Source: Candidatus Altimarinota bacterium
Lineage (GTDB): Bacteria; Patescibacteriota; Gracilibacteria; UBA1369
Length of the DNA stretch: 64,000 bases
Direction: 5' to 3'
Assembly: GCA_963677745.1 (NCBI GenBank)
Contig: OY782391.1
Location: 352,001 to 416,000 of the forward strand
Both the position numbers and the translations under genes were made by a program. The notes below the pieces were generated by a model. The model had not been told where the DNA came from. It saw only the letters and a list, made by a program, of their open reading frames with translations, and did not search any database. This document shows, piece by piece, positions 9,171 through 19,073 of the stretch. Numbering within the stretch: position 1 is the stretch's first letter; every line of letters begins with the position of its first letter.

Positions 9171-10283
9171 ATGGAACTCATCGCCACCTGCGCTTTCGGA
9201 CTGGAAAAACTGGTTTATCAGGAGCTGAAAAAGCTCAGCCTCTGGGTAGTGAAAACCGAGGACGGCCGGGTCACCTTCAACGGTGAACACGACGACATCG
9301 CTCGCGCCAACATCTGGCTGCGCACAGCCGAACGTGTGCATATCAAACTGGCCGAATTCCCCGCCAAAACCTTCGATGAACTTTTCGACCGCACAACCGC
9401 ACTGGACTGGCCGGCCATCCTGCCCCAAGGGTCCAGCTTCCCCGTGCTCTGCACCACCAGCAAATCCACACTGCACCACGAACCGTCCATACAGAGCATC
9501 GCCAAGAAAGCCATCGTAAAAAACCTGCAGAAATATTACGGCATAGACCAGATTCCCGAAAAAGGACCGGAATATTCCGTTCTGATCCGCCTGCATAACG
9601 ACATCTGCACCATCAGCATCGACACCTCCGGCGAAAGCCTGCATAAGCGCGGCTACCGTCCGCAGGCCGGCCTGGCACCGATTAAGGAAACCCTGGCCGC
9701 CGCTTTGGTACTGCTTTCCGACTGGACACCGGAGCGAACGCTTTTGGATCTGTTCTGCGGCAGCGGGACTATTCTAATGGAGGCGGCCATGATCGGTCTG
9801 AACATCGCCCCCGGCCTCACCCGCCGCTTCGCTTTTGAAAGCTGGCCGGAATGGACCCCGGACAAACTCGCCGCCCTGCGCGCCGAGGCCGCCGCCGCCC
9901 GCCTGGATCTGCCCATGCACATCTACGGCTATGACATCGACCCCAATGCCGTGAAAATCGCCCAGGCCAATTCCACCCTGGCCGGGCTGGAAAAAGTCCT
10001 GCATTTTGCCATCACCGACTTCCATATTCTCAATTTCGACAAGATGAAGGACTGCACCATCATCACCAACCCGCCCTACGGCGAGCGCCTGTCTGAGCAG
10101 TCCGAGGTGGAAAAAACCTGCCGCGACCTGGGCACCTCTTTCGTCAAAACCACCAACTGTTCCCTCTTTCTGATCACCGCCTTCGAAAAATTTGAAGAAG
10201 CCTTCGGTAAAAAAGCCGCCAAGAACCGCAAACTCTTCAACGGCAAACTGAAGTGCTATCTCTACCAATATCCGGCTGTCTGA
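9171..10283 (+). CDS. THUMP-domain RNA methyltransferase (RlmL/YpsC-like)
   Basis: MELIATCAFGLE, NIWLRTAERV, DTSGESLHKRGYR, APIKETLAAA, DLFCGSGT, NPPYGER. Start placed at ATG 9171. Confidence 0.92.
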   Translation: MELIATCAFGLEKLVYQELKKLSLWVVKTEDGRVTFNGEHDDIARANIWLRTAERVHIKLAEFPAKTFDELFDRTTALDWPAILPQGSSFPVLCTTSKSTLHHEPSIQSIAKKAIVKNLQKYYGIDQIPEKGPEYSVLIRLHNDICTISIDTSGESLHKRGYRPQAGLAPIKETLAAALVLLSDWTPERTLLDLFCGSGTILMEAAMIGLNIAPGLTRRFAFESWPEWTPDKLAALRAEAAAARLDLPMHIYGYDIDPNAVKIAQANSTLAGLEKVLHFAITDFHILNFDKMKDCTIITNPPYGERLSEQSEVEKTCRDLGTSFVKTTNCSLFLITAFEKFEEAFGKKAAKNRKLFNGKLKCYLYQYPAV

Positions 10284-10377
10284 ACAAACCGCATCCGACA
10301 GTCATTTATCACCATAATTTCCCGGCAGAAAAAAGCTGTGCTAAAATGCCGGCGTTTAATTCTTTTGTAATATAAAT

Positions 10378-10794
10378 ATGACCGAAAACACCACCGCCGA
10401 ACTCACCGCCGCAACAGTTGAACAGATCGCCGCGGAAAATTTTAACAAATGGAATGCCGCACTCCAGACCAGAGACGCCAAACAGGTCGCGGCAATCTAC
10501 AGTGAGGACTCCACCTTTCTGCCGACCATGTCCGGAGAATTCAAAAAAGGCCGACCCGGAGCCGAAGAATATTTTCATCATTTTCTGGAAAAATTCCCCT
10601 CGGGAGAAGTTATAAACGGGGCCGCCCAGATTCTTTCCCCTACCAGTTATCTGCACTCCGGACTTTATAATTTTACAGTCGGACCGGAAGACAAAAGAGA
10701 AGTTGTTCAGGCCAGATTTACTTATGCCTGGTCAAAAGACGAACAGGGCAACTGGTTAATCCGCCACCATCACTCTTCCGTCAAACCTCAATAA
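10378..10794 (+). CDS. NTF2-fold SgcJ/EcaC (DUF4440 / CaMKII-association-like) protein
   Basis: FNKWNAALQT, FLPTMS, YFHHFL, SGLYNF, ARFTY, WLIRHHHSS. Confidence 0.85.
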   Translation: MTENTTAELTAATVEQIAAENFNKWNAALQTRDAKQVAAIYSEDSTFLPTMSGEFKKGRPGAEEYFHHFLEKFPSGEVINGAAQILSPTSYLHSGLYNFTVGPEDKREVVQARFTYAWSKDEQGNWLIRHHHSSVKPQ

Positions 10795-10802
10795 TCATTT
10801 CC

Positions 10803-11570
10803 ATGTCTGAATTATTGTTATATAGCTGGAACGTCAACGGCCTCCGTGCCGCAGAAAAAAAAGGCTTCATCGATTGGGCGCGTAAAACCGGTGCCGACAT
10901 AATTGCCCTGCAGGAAACCAAATGCCATCCCGAACAGCTCTCCGAAAAAATCCTCAATATCGACGGGTACAAAAGTTACTGGAAATCCGGCGAACGCAAA
11001 GGCTATTCGGGAGTAGCCATCTATACCCGCCTTAAACCTCTGAAAATTCTCGACACCTTCAACGACCTGGTTCTCAACGATGAAGGCAGACTGCTCGGCC
11101 TGGAATTGGAAAACTTCTTTTTCTTCACAGGATATTTCCCCAACGGCGGACAGGGCATGCACCGCGTGGAATATAAACTGGACTTCTACAATCGTTTTGA
11201 AAAAATGATTGAGTCCCTGCCCAAACCCGTCGTGTTTTGCGGCGACGTAAATACCGCCCACCACGAAATCGACCTGGCCAGACCCAAAGAAAACCGCAAC
11301 ACATCAGGTTTTATGGACGTGGAAAGAGCCTGGCTCAACCACCTGATTGATCAAAAAGGTTACATCGACTCCTTCCGGCATTTCCATTCTGAACCCAACC
11401 GCTATTCCTGGTGGGATATGAAAACCAAAGCCCGCGAGCGGAACATCGGCTGGAGAATCGATTATTTTATTGCCAGCCCCAAACTAAAATCTCATCTGTT
11501 GGCAGCCGACATAGACTCACACGTTCAAGGATCGGACCACGCCCCGATCTATCTCAAAATTAAAATCTGA
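10803..11570 (+). CDS. xth: exodeoxyribonuclease III
   Basis: SWNVNGLRA, LQETK, GYSGVA, YFPNG, GDVNTAH, GWRIDYF, SDHAP. Confidence 0.96.
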   Translation: MSELLLYSWNVNGLRAAEKKGFIDWARKTGADIIALQETKCHPEQLSEKILNIDGYKSYWKSGERKGYSGVAIYTRLKPLKILDTFNDLVLNDEGRLLGLELENFFFFTGYFPNGGQGMHRVEYKLDFYNRFEKMIESLPKPVVFCGDVNTAHHEIDLARPKENRNTSGFMDVERAWLNHLIDQKGYIDSFRHFHSEPNRYSWWDMKTKARERNIGWRIDYFIASPKLKSHLLAADIDSHVQGSDHAPIYLKIKI

Positions 11571-11582
11571 GCTGAGAACGAA

Positions 11583-12359
11583 TCAGGATTTCACTTTCTT
11601 ACCGGCGTACTTTTTCAAATCCGACTTCTTAACCACCAGATTGAGCAAAGACTTGTCAGTCTTCTTGGGAATCTGGCAAACGGCTTCTTTGCACTGGATT
11701 TTTCGCAATTTCTTTTCCTTCTGATAAAGCTTGTGGAAAGTATCAATCATCACAATCGCCTCATCGTCATCTTTGGCGATATAGACATAGTCAAAATCCT
11801 GCGGACTGACCAGATTGCCCGGCAATACGTCCTTTTTCATCCAGGCTATCAGATCCTTCCACATATGTCCGATCAAGATAATTGGCTTGTAATCAACATG
11901 ATGAACCTGAAGATGCTGCCACATATAATACAGTTCCAGCAAAGAACCAATACCTCCGGTGGTAACCACCATCACATTGGACAACGCCAGAAAAGTATCC
12001 AGACGCTGGGAAAAATGCCTGAAACGATGCCGTATTTCCAGATGTCTGTTGCCCTTATTTTCAAAAGGCAAATAAATCACCAGACCGATTGAATCGGCCA
12101 CCCCTTTGGTGTCACCGGCCATATGACCGGCATTGGCTGCCTCCATCAGGCCTGGGCCGCCGCCCGTAACCACATCATATCCGTGTTGGCCTACTTTTTT
12201 GGCCAAATCAAAGACCTCCTGATAAATTTTATCACCGGCTTTAATTCTGGCCGAACCAAATATCGCCACACGAAAATGACTTCTTTTTCTGATCTCCCGG
12301 TCGATATCGAGTGACTTGATTTTTTTATGATTCACCAGTTTCTCCAATTTGATTGCCAT
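11583..12359 (-). CDS. LOG-family (TIGR00730-like) nucleotide-binding protein
   Basis: VAIFGSAR, TGGGPGLMEAAN, LPFE, GGIGSLLE. Start placed at MAIKLEK. Confidence 0.88.
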   Translation of the reverse strand: MAIKLEKLVNHKKIKSLDIDREIRKRSHFRVAIFGSARIKAGDKIYQEVFDLAKKVGQHGYDVVTGGGPGLMEAANAGHMAGDTKGVADSIGLVIYLPFENKGNRHLEIRHRFRHFSQRLDTFLALSNVMVVTTGGIGSLLELYYMWQHLQVHHVDYKPIILIGHMWKDLIAWMKKDVLPGNLVSPQDFDYVYIAKDDDEAIVMIDTFHKLYQKEKKLRKIQCKEAVCQIPKKTDKSLLNLVVKKSDLKKYAGKKVKS

Positions 12360-12456
12360 ATTGTTTTTTATTTTAGATTTTTGTAATCCCTCCATTTTAC
12401 CATATTCGGACACATTAAAAAAGCCCCCCGATCCCCTCCCGGCCAAAGAATTCACG

Positions 12457-13758
12457 CTACTTACCGGCAACCAACATTGCCCTGGTCAGTTTCTTGGACA
12501 ATTCCACTCCCGGTTGATCATAGGCATCTATTCCAAAAAGCTCGCCCAGATAGGCCACCGACATCTCCAGAATAACCAGCAACTGCCCGAGACTTTCGGC
12601 ATCAAGTTTATCCAGAGTGATTTTTACCGACGGACGGTTTTGTTTTACCAGCGCCTTAAAAGTCCCTTCCAGTTCTTTTAACAACAACCTGTTAAAAGAA
12701 AGATTTTCCAGATAGGACAGTTCTGGCGGATGCCAGTTTACATCCCTGGAAATTTTCAGATCGGTCTCCGGACGGGCCACTTCCAAAAACAAAAACAACT
12801 TGTCATTCGGACCTTCGTTATAGAGTTGATTCTGAGCATGCTGATCGGACGCACCCAGGGCCGCCACGGGAGTAATTCCGACTTCCACCCGCCGGCCTTT
12901 CCGGTCAAACTTTTTCCCGATGCTCTCTGCCAAAAGCTGGCCGTACCAGTCTGCCAGTCCTCTTAATTTCTGCGCATAGGGCCAGAAAACAGTAATAGAT
13001 TTGCCCTTTTTGTATAACAGATATTGAGTCAAAGCCAGCCGCCAGGCCGGATTGAGCACAGTATTTGATTTCAGGGATTCTGTGCGTCCCTTGCGGGCAC
13101 CGGTCAGAATATTGTCAATTTTGAAACCCGCCAAAGCCGCCGGCAACAACCCCACCACCGTCAGTGCGGAAAAACGTCCACCCACCTTTTGGGGAACGGG
13201 AAAAACCGGTAAACCCGGCGTCTGACCGGCCAGTTTCCGCAATAATCCGCCGTCGGGATCGGTGACAAACACAAAATGCTTTTTCCAGTCCAGTTTTTTG
13301 GAAACAATTCTGTTTTTGAAATACAGAAACTGGGCTAGAGTTTCGGCTGTCCCGCCGGACTTGGTAACGACCAGAAAGAGGGTCCGACGCAAATCAACAC
13401 TCTGTTCAAACTCGGACAATAAAACCGGATCAATATTATCCAGCACGGTTAACCTCGTTTTCGAATTGTCTTTTTCAAATAATTTACCCAGAGCCTGTCC
13501 GATACATCTTGCTCCCAGCGCCGACCCTCCGATTCCCAGAACCACAATCTCCCGATAAACCCCCTTCACCCCGTCGGCAAAATTCTTGACCGCTTTGACA
13601 GCGGCACGATCATCCAGAACTTCCAGAAAATCCTGTTTCCGGGATTTGAATGCCTTCAAATAAGCGGGAAATCGCTGATTATATTTTTGGTATTCCTTTG
13701 AACGAAGTCCCTCCGCAGCGGCAATTTCTTCCAATGGACCGAAATCAAATTTCACCAT
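12457..13758 (-). CDS. pgi: glucose-6-phosphate isomerase
   Basis: GIGGSALG, TKSGGTAET, VGGRFS, QLLAESIGK, DQHAQ, DQPGVELSK. Confidence 0.95.
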   Translation of the reverse strand: MVKFDFGPLEEIAAAEGLRSKEYQKYNQRFPAYLKAFKSRKQDFLEVLDDRAAVKAVKNFADGVKGVYREIVVLGIGGSALGARCIGQALGKLFEKDNSKTRLTVLDNIDPVLLSEFEQSVDLRRTLFLVVTKSGGTAETLAQFLYFKNRIVSKKLDWKKHFVFVTDPDGGLLRKLAGQTPGLPVFPVPQKVGGRFSALTVVGLLPAALAGFKIDNILTGARKGRTESLKSNTVLNPAWRLALTQYLLYKKGKSITVFWPYAQKLRGLADWYGQLLAESIGKKFDRKGRRVEVGITPVAALGASDQHAQNQLYNEGPNDKLFLFLEVARPETDLKISRDVNWHPPELSYLENLSFNRLLLKELEGTFKALVKQNRPSVKITLDKLDAESLGQLLVILEMSVAYLGELFGIDAYDQPGVELSKKLTRAMLVAGK

Positions 13759-13760
13759 AT

Positions 13761-14414
13761 TTATTTTTGCAAATTTTTAACTTTCTCCCAATCAGCCAGA
13801 AACTGGGCAATACCTTTGTCGGTCAGAGGATGCTTAAACAGCAGTTCCATCACCGACGGTGGAATAGTGGCAATATCGGCACCAGCCAAAGCGGCCGCCG
13901 TCACATGTTCGGGATGGCGGATGGAAGCCGCCAACACCTTGGCCTCAAAATTATAATTGCCGAAAACCGTCACCATTTCCTCCACCAGCAGCATGCCGTT
14001 TTCGGAAATATCATCCAGCCGGCCCACAAACGGGCTGACCAGTTTCGCGCCTGCCTTGGCAGCCAAAAGCGCCTGATTAACAGAAAAAACCAGCGTCACG
14101 TTGACATTCACGCCTTCATCGGTCAGAGCGCGGCAGGCGCGTATGCCATCCATGGTCATGGGCACTTTGACATACACATTATTGGCCCAGGTTCGGTATA
14201 TTCTGGCCTCGTTGATCATTCCCTGAAAGTCTGTGGCAATCACTTCCGAACTGACCGGACCTTTGACCACCTCACAGATTTCTTTGATCCTCTTTTCCAG
14301 TGAAACACCTTCCTTGGCCACCAGTGAAGGATTGGTAGTAACCCCGTCCACAATCCCCAAAGTGGCATATTTCTTGATATCCTCCAGATTGGCTGTATCC
14401 AGAAAAAATTGCAT
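13761..14414 (-). CDS. tal: transaldolase (short TalC/Fsa type)
   Basis: FFLDTAN, GVTTNPSL, VKVP, NVTLVFS, SPFVGRLDD (Phe variant typical of true transaldolases), HPLTDKG. Confidence 0.92.
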   Translation of the reverse strand: MQFFLDTANLEDIKKYATLGIVDGVTTNPSLVAKEGVSLEKRIKEICEVVKGPVSSEVIATDFQGMINEARIYRTWANNVYVKVPMTMDGIRACRALTDEGVNVNVTLVFSVNQALLAAKAGAKLVSPFVGRLDDISENGMLLVEEMVTVFGNYNFEAKVLAASIRHPEHVTAAALAGADIATIPPSVMELLFKHPLTDKGIAQFLADWEKVKNLQK

Positions 14415-14552
14415 ATTTTTGTTTTAAATTAATTCATAGCAAGTTTAAGCCAAAGACAATAAAAAGGAACAGTTTAAAGTTGACAAAAAGGGCTTTATGG
14501 ACAAAAATTACACCTTATTTTTGCTCTTCACTGAACATTTACCCCTCTCCTA

Positions 14553-14999
14553 ATGACAATTAATCTGCCATCTCAACAAGATCTCATTGCACCGGACAGA
14601 AACCTGCTGCTGATTGACGACGACCCCGTTATCCGGAGAAGCATCAGAAGACTGTTGGTTAAACATTTCCGGCTGGTTTTGGAAGCAGCCGACAGACTTT
14701 CCGCCCTCCAGGCCATCAACGGTCTGGGAGAAACAGACATCATCCTTTCCGACCTGCATCTTTCCGCAGGAAATCATGGAGAAGGTTTTCAAATCGCCGA
14801 AGTCACCCGAGAAATGCGAAAAGAAAGAGGCCTGACCTTTATCCTCTGTAGTAGTGAAAGCACCGAAGGGGGCCTGATCCAGATTGGAAATCAATTATCC
14901 GCCGGCATAATCGATGCCTTTATTCCAAAACCCTATGACATCGAAGATTTGAGAATAACCATTCAAGAGGCTCTGCGCAATACGCAAAACCGGCAATAA
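14553..14999 (+). CDS. stand-alone response regulator receiver protein
   Basis: LLIDDD, ILSDLHL (phospho-acceptor Asp), ILCSS, FIPKPY. Confidence 0.88.
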   Translation: MTINLPSQQDLIAPDRNLLLIDDDPVIRRSIRRLLVKHFRLVLEAADRLSALQAINGLGETDIILSDLHLSAGNHGEGFQIAEVTREMRKERGLTFILCSSESTEGGLIQIGNQLSAGIIDAFIPKPYDIEDLRITIQEALRNTQNRQ

Positions 15000-15012
15000 A
15001 TTGCCGGTTTTT
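14986..15012 (+). terminator. intrinsic terminator after the receiver gene
   Basis: Inverted repeat AAAACCGGCAAT-AA-ATTGCCGGTTTT followed by a T-rich tail. Confidence 0.7.
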
Positions 15013-15075
15013 CTACTTTCATTTTTTAGTACTGAGGAAATCCCACGGATTGAATCCAGAGGATTGGTGGATCAA

Positions 15076-17484
15076 CTAATTATCCCATTTCCAGTGTATC
15101 ACCTCCGGTAAATCCACACCGTTCTCCATCACGTATTTTTTATGCAATTCCAGTTTCTTCTGATATTTCTTGATCAGAGCCTTGGCCTTGCGGGCGTATT
15201 TTTTATTATTAACGCCGGCTTTTTCCAAAGCCTCGATAACCATCTGGAAACGGGAGGTGCCGTTTCTGACCTGCATGTCAAAAGGAGTAGTGGTTGAACC
15301 CTCTTCGTTGTAACCGTGAATGGAAAATCTTTCGGCATGGGGATGTCCGAACAGCAATTTCTTGATGGTTATTCCATAGCCGTGGAAATTGAAGATAATT
15401 GGTTTGTCCTTGGTGAAATATTTCTCAAACTCTCCCAGATTGGATGGCCCCAGATGCCTTTTGGCAGGGCCAAAACCATAAGCGGTCATCTCACTCACAC
15501 AGACAAAACGCGTTTTAAATTCAGGTATTTCATGGCGAAGAATATCTACGGCGGCCACCATTTCCTCAACCATATAATCGCCCGCCGCCCCCAGCACTAT
15601 ATCCGGATCCCGCGACCCGTCCGGATCAATCCAGTCCCAGACCATCACCCCCTGATCAAACTGGCGGCGGGCTTCCTTCACCGACAGCCATTGCGGCAAA
15701 TCAGTTTTACCTGCCACCACCACATTCACTTTGTCCCGGCTCTTGAAATTCTGTTCCCAGGTCACCATCAAACTGTTGGCATCCGGCGGGAAATAGACCG
15801 ATACAAAATCACCGTTTTTTTCCAGGGCGTTACTAATGAATCCTACGTTCTGATGGGAGAAACCGTTATGTTCCTGTCTCCAGCAATTGGAGGTCAGCAG
15901 ATAATTCAGTGCGGAAATCGGTTTGCGCCATTTGATTCTCTTGGCCTGTTTGATGAATTTACAATGCTGATCCACCATACTCACGTTGATCATGGAAAAA
16001 GCTTCATAAGTGCCAAACATTCCATGACGTCCGGTCAGTATGTACCCCAGCAGCATCCCCAGTAAGGTGTGTTCGGACAGCATTTCAATCACCCGGCCCT
16101 TGGTCACGATGCTTTCATCCTCTTTTTTCACCGGCCAAATATACTGTCTACCGGCACCCACGAACAATTTCTGCATTTTGTTTGATTCGGTCTCATCCGG
16201 ACAGAAATAGCGGAGCGTCTTGTCCTTTTTCAGATCATTTACAAATACTTCAGTCAGCCATTCGGTGGCCAGACGGGTGGATTGCCCCATCACTTCTCCA
16301 TGATGACCTTTGAATTCAAACTTCTCCGGTTTAACCATCGGCAGCTCCTTCACTATCTGCCCCCCGTAGGCATGCCTGCATTTGCCCATACGCAAATCGC
16401 CCTGCGGAACATATTTGATGACTTTGGGCAGGGGGCGTCCCTTAGAATCCACCAGAGTTTTGACCTGATATGATTCCAGCCAGTCGGACAAAGCTTTGAA
16501 CTGCAACGGATCATGTTTGGGATCAGCCAGCGGGATACCGTGTGAGCGGTAATTATCTTCAATTTTTTTGTCACCGAGTTTTTTCACGCCGCTCCAGCCT
16601 TTCTTCGTACGCAAAAGAATCACCGGCCAGGCAGGCTTGGACACACCTTTCTTTTCCTTGGACTGCCTCCAGATTGTCTTGATATCCCAATAAGCCTCAT
16701 CCATGGTGCGAGCCATGTCTTCATATAATTTATCTCCGCTTCCCTCCACGATATATGGTTTGTAACCATAACCGAGAAACAGATGGGTCAGTTCCTCATC
16801 GCTCATCGTTCCGTAAATAGTCGGACCGGAAATTTTATATCCGTTGATATGAACAATCGGCAATACAGCGCCCGATTCGGCAGGATTAAAAAATTTATTG
16901 GAATTCCAGGCGGCAGCCAGCGGTCCGGACTCAGCTTCGCCGTCACCCACCACGCAAACCACCATCAGACCCGGATTGTCCATCGCGGCCCCAAAAGCTG
17001 TAGCCAGTGAATAACCGAGTTCACCTCCTTCCAGAATCGAACCGGGCACATCCGGCGTCACGTGACTGGGCAGTTTATAGGGCCAGGAAAAACCTTTCAT
17101 CAGTTTGCCCATTCCTTTTTCGTCGCGGGACATTTCTTTGTAATATTCGCCCATCGTGGCATCCGCAAAATTATTGGCCAGAATAGCCGGAGCGCCATGC
17201 CCGGGACCGGTAATAAAAATTGCCTTCTGCTTATAGCGGGAAATCAAAAAATCAGTCTGGGCATAAATAAAATTTAGCCCCGGAACCGTTCCCCAGTGTC
17301 CCAGTATCCTTTCCTTAAGATTGTCCTTGGACAGAGGTTTCCTTAACAAAAAATTGTCCTTCAGATACAATGACGCAGCTCCGATATAATTTGTATAGGC
17401 ATGGTAATCCTTAAACCATTGGAGCTGTTCGGCCGTCAAAAAACTTTTGGTCTTGGAGACAGCCTTGGCAGTTGACTTTACCAT
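15076..17484 (-). CDS. xfp: phosphoketolase (XFP family)
   Basis: GHWGTVPG, GPGHGAPA, EGGELGY, GDGEAESGPL, PDETESNK, LSEH, QEHNGFSHQ. Start placed at MVKSTAK (17484); the longer ORF-track extension is antisense to dus. Confidence 0.95.
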   Translation of the reverse strand: MVKSTAKAVSKTKSFLTAEQLQWFKDYHAYTNYIGAASLYLKDNFLLRKPLSKDNLKERILGHWGTVPGLNFIYAQTDFLISRYKQKAIFITGPGHGAPAILANNFADATMGEYYKEMSRDEKGMGKLMKGFSWPYKLPSHVTPDVPGSILEGGELGYSLATAFGAAMDNPGLMVVCVVGDGEAESGPLAAAWNSNKFFNPAESGAVLPIVHINGYKISGPTIYGTMSDEELTHLFLGYGYKPYIVEGSGDKLYEDMARTMDEAYWDIKTIWRQSKEKKGVSKPAWPVILLRTKKGWSGVKKLGDKKIEDNYRSHGIPLADPKHDPLQFKALSDWLESYQVKTLVDSKGRPLPKVIKYVPQGDLRMGKCRHAYGGQIVKELPMVKPEKFEFKGHHGEVMGQSTRLATEWLTEVFVNDLKKDKTLRYFCPDETESNKMQKLFVGAGRQYIWPVKKEDESIVTKGRVIEMLSEHTLLGMLLGYILTGRHGMFGTYEAFSMINVSMVDQHCKFIKQAKRIKWRKPISALNYLLTSNCWRQEHNGFSHQNVGFISNALEKNGDFVSVYFPPDANSLMVTWEQNFKSRDKVNVVVAGKTDLPQWLSVKEARRQFDQGVMVWDWIDPDGSRDPDIVLGAAGDYMVEEMVAAVDILRHEIPEFKTRFVCVSEMTAYGFGPAKRHLGPSNLGEFEKYFTKDKPIIFNFHGYGITIKKLLFGHPHAERFSIHGYNEEGSTTTPFDMQVRNGTSRFQMVIEALEKAGVNNKKYARKAKALIKKYQKKLELHKKYVMENGVDLPEVIHWKWDN

Positions 17485-17541
17485 TTTGAAATTTATTAAA
17501 ATTTGTTTTTGTTGAGAAGAGTATAGCAGAAAAAAATTTTT

Positions 17542-18624
17542 ATGCATTCGAATTTTTGGCAAAATCTGGCTAACCCAATACTCGGACTGTCCCCCATGGA
17601 CGGCGTGACCGACGCTGCTTTCCGTTTTATCGTCGCCAAATACGGACAGCCCTCCGTTATTTTCACGGAATTCATTAATGTGGAGGGACTGGCCCACGGA
17701 GCGGTAAAGACCCTGCCGGCCTTCCTTTATGACCCGATTGAAAGACCTCTGATCGGACAAATATACGGCATCACTCCCGACAATTTTTATCAGGCCTGTT
17801 TTATCGTCGCCGAACTGGGGTTCGACGGTATCGACATCAATATGGGCTGCCCCTCCAAAGCTGTATCCGGCCACGGCGGCGGCGCCGGTCTGATCAAAAA
17901 ACCCAAACTGGCCTGCGATATTCTCAAAACCTGCCGCCGCGCCGCCGCCGACTGGGCCGCCGGCAAAACAGTCCGGGAAGCCGGTGTCCACCAAGACCTC
18001 CTGCCCTTCATCCGCCAACAGCAAAAACTTCGCGGCGGCCCTCCCCCGCGCCGCCTGCTCCCTGTGTCCGTCAAAACCCGGCTCGGTTACGACAAAATCA
18101 TCACCGGATCCTGGATTGAAACACTGCTGTCCTGCGAACCCGACAACATCACCCTGCATGGCCGCACCCTCCGTGAAATGTACACGGGAGAAGCTCATTG
18201 GGACGAAATCGCCAAAGCGGCAGAAATTGTCCACGCCGCCAAATATCCCGTCACCATCCTCGGTAACGGTGACGTGAAATCCCTGTCCGACGCCCGCCGA
18301 AAAATCGCCCAAAACGGCGTGGACGGTGCCCTGATCGGCCGGGCCAGTTTCGGCGAACCATGGATTTTCAGCGACGCACCTCCCCCCGACCTCCCCGAAA
18401 AATTCCGCATTGCTTTGGAACACTGCCAAAAACACGAAGAAATTTTCCGGATCAACAAGGCCGCCGGTTCCACGCTCACGCCGACCCAAATTTTTGCTCC
18501 CATGAAAAAACACCTCGGCTGGTACTGCCGCGGCTTCGCGGGCGCCAAAGAATTACGAATGCAATTGATGAGCGCCGACTCCACCGCCGAAGTCAAAAAA
18601 ATCCTGCACCCCTGGCTCGAATAA
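17542..18624 (+). CDS. dus: tRNA-dihydrouridine synthase
   Basis: LSPMDGVTD, IDINMGCP, SVKTRLG, HGRT, GNGDV, IGRA, KKHLGWY. Confidence 0.93.
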   Translation: MHSNFWQNLANPILGLSPMDGVTDAAFRFIVAKYGQPSVIFTEFINVEGLAHGAVKTLPAFLYDPIERPLIGQIYGITPDNFYQACFIVAELGFDGIDINMGCPSKAVSGHGGGAGLIKKPKLACDILKTCRRAAADWAAGKTVREAGVHQDLLPFIRQQQKLRGGPPPRRLLPVSVKTRLGYDKIITGSWIETLLSCEPDNITLHGRTLREMYTGEAHWDEIAKAAEIVHAAKYPVTILGNGDVKSLSDARRKIAQNGVDGALIGRASFGEPWIFSDAPPPDLPEKFRIALEHCQKHEEIFRINKAAGSTLTPTQIFAPMKKHLGWYCRGFAGAKELRMQLMSADSTAEVKKILHPWLE

Positions 18625-18643
18625 AAGCCCCTCCCCAAAAACC

Positions 18644-19033
18644 TCACTGGTCTTTTCCCAGTTTCTTCCGCAGCCGCGCATCCATGTATACCATCTGCTG
18701 CTCATTATAACCGAAATAATGAGCGATCTCGTGCAGCAACACCTCCAAAATCAAATTCTCCAATTCCTGCAGATTTTCCACGGAAGCCAGAATGGTTTTC
18801 TCAAATAACGTGATTTTGGACGGCTGCACCCCCCGAAACACAGAATAGGGAGCGGTTTTGGGCACTCCCTCAAACAGCCCCAGCAAAGTTCTCCGGCTAC
18901 CGCGATAGGGTTCCGGCGGCCATTCCTCCACCACAATATCCACGTTTTCAATCTGGTCACGAAATTCCTGCGGGACCTTTTTTTCCAAAGCCCGCCGCAC
19001 CATCAATTCAAATTCCAGACTGTCCAAAATCAT
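18644..19033 (-). CDS. zincin-like metallopeptidase family protein
   Basis: LLGLFEGVP, ITLF, HEIAHYFG. Confidence 0.85.
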   Translation of the reverse strand: MILDSLEFELMVRRALEKKVPQEFRDQIENVDIVVEEWPPEPYRGSRRTLLGLFEGVPKTAPYSVFRGVQPSKITLFEKTILASVENLQELENLILEVLLHEIAHYFGYNEQQMVYMDARLRKKLGKDQ

Positions 19034-19073
19034 AATATTGTTTATAATTTACCCGCATCACCCGCTTTCATCA

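Noticed and set aside
17485-18513. 343-codon N-terminal extension of phosphoketolase (1145-aa ORF)
   Set aside because: It is the antisense shadow of dus. XFP similarity begins only after MVKSTAK, and an AT-rich divergent leader lies at 17485-17541.
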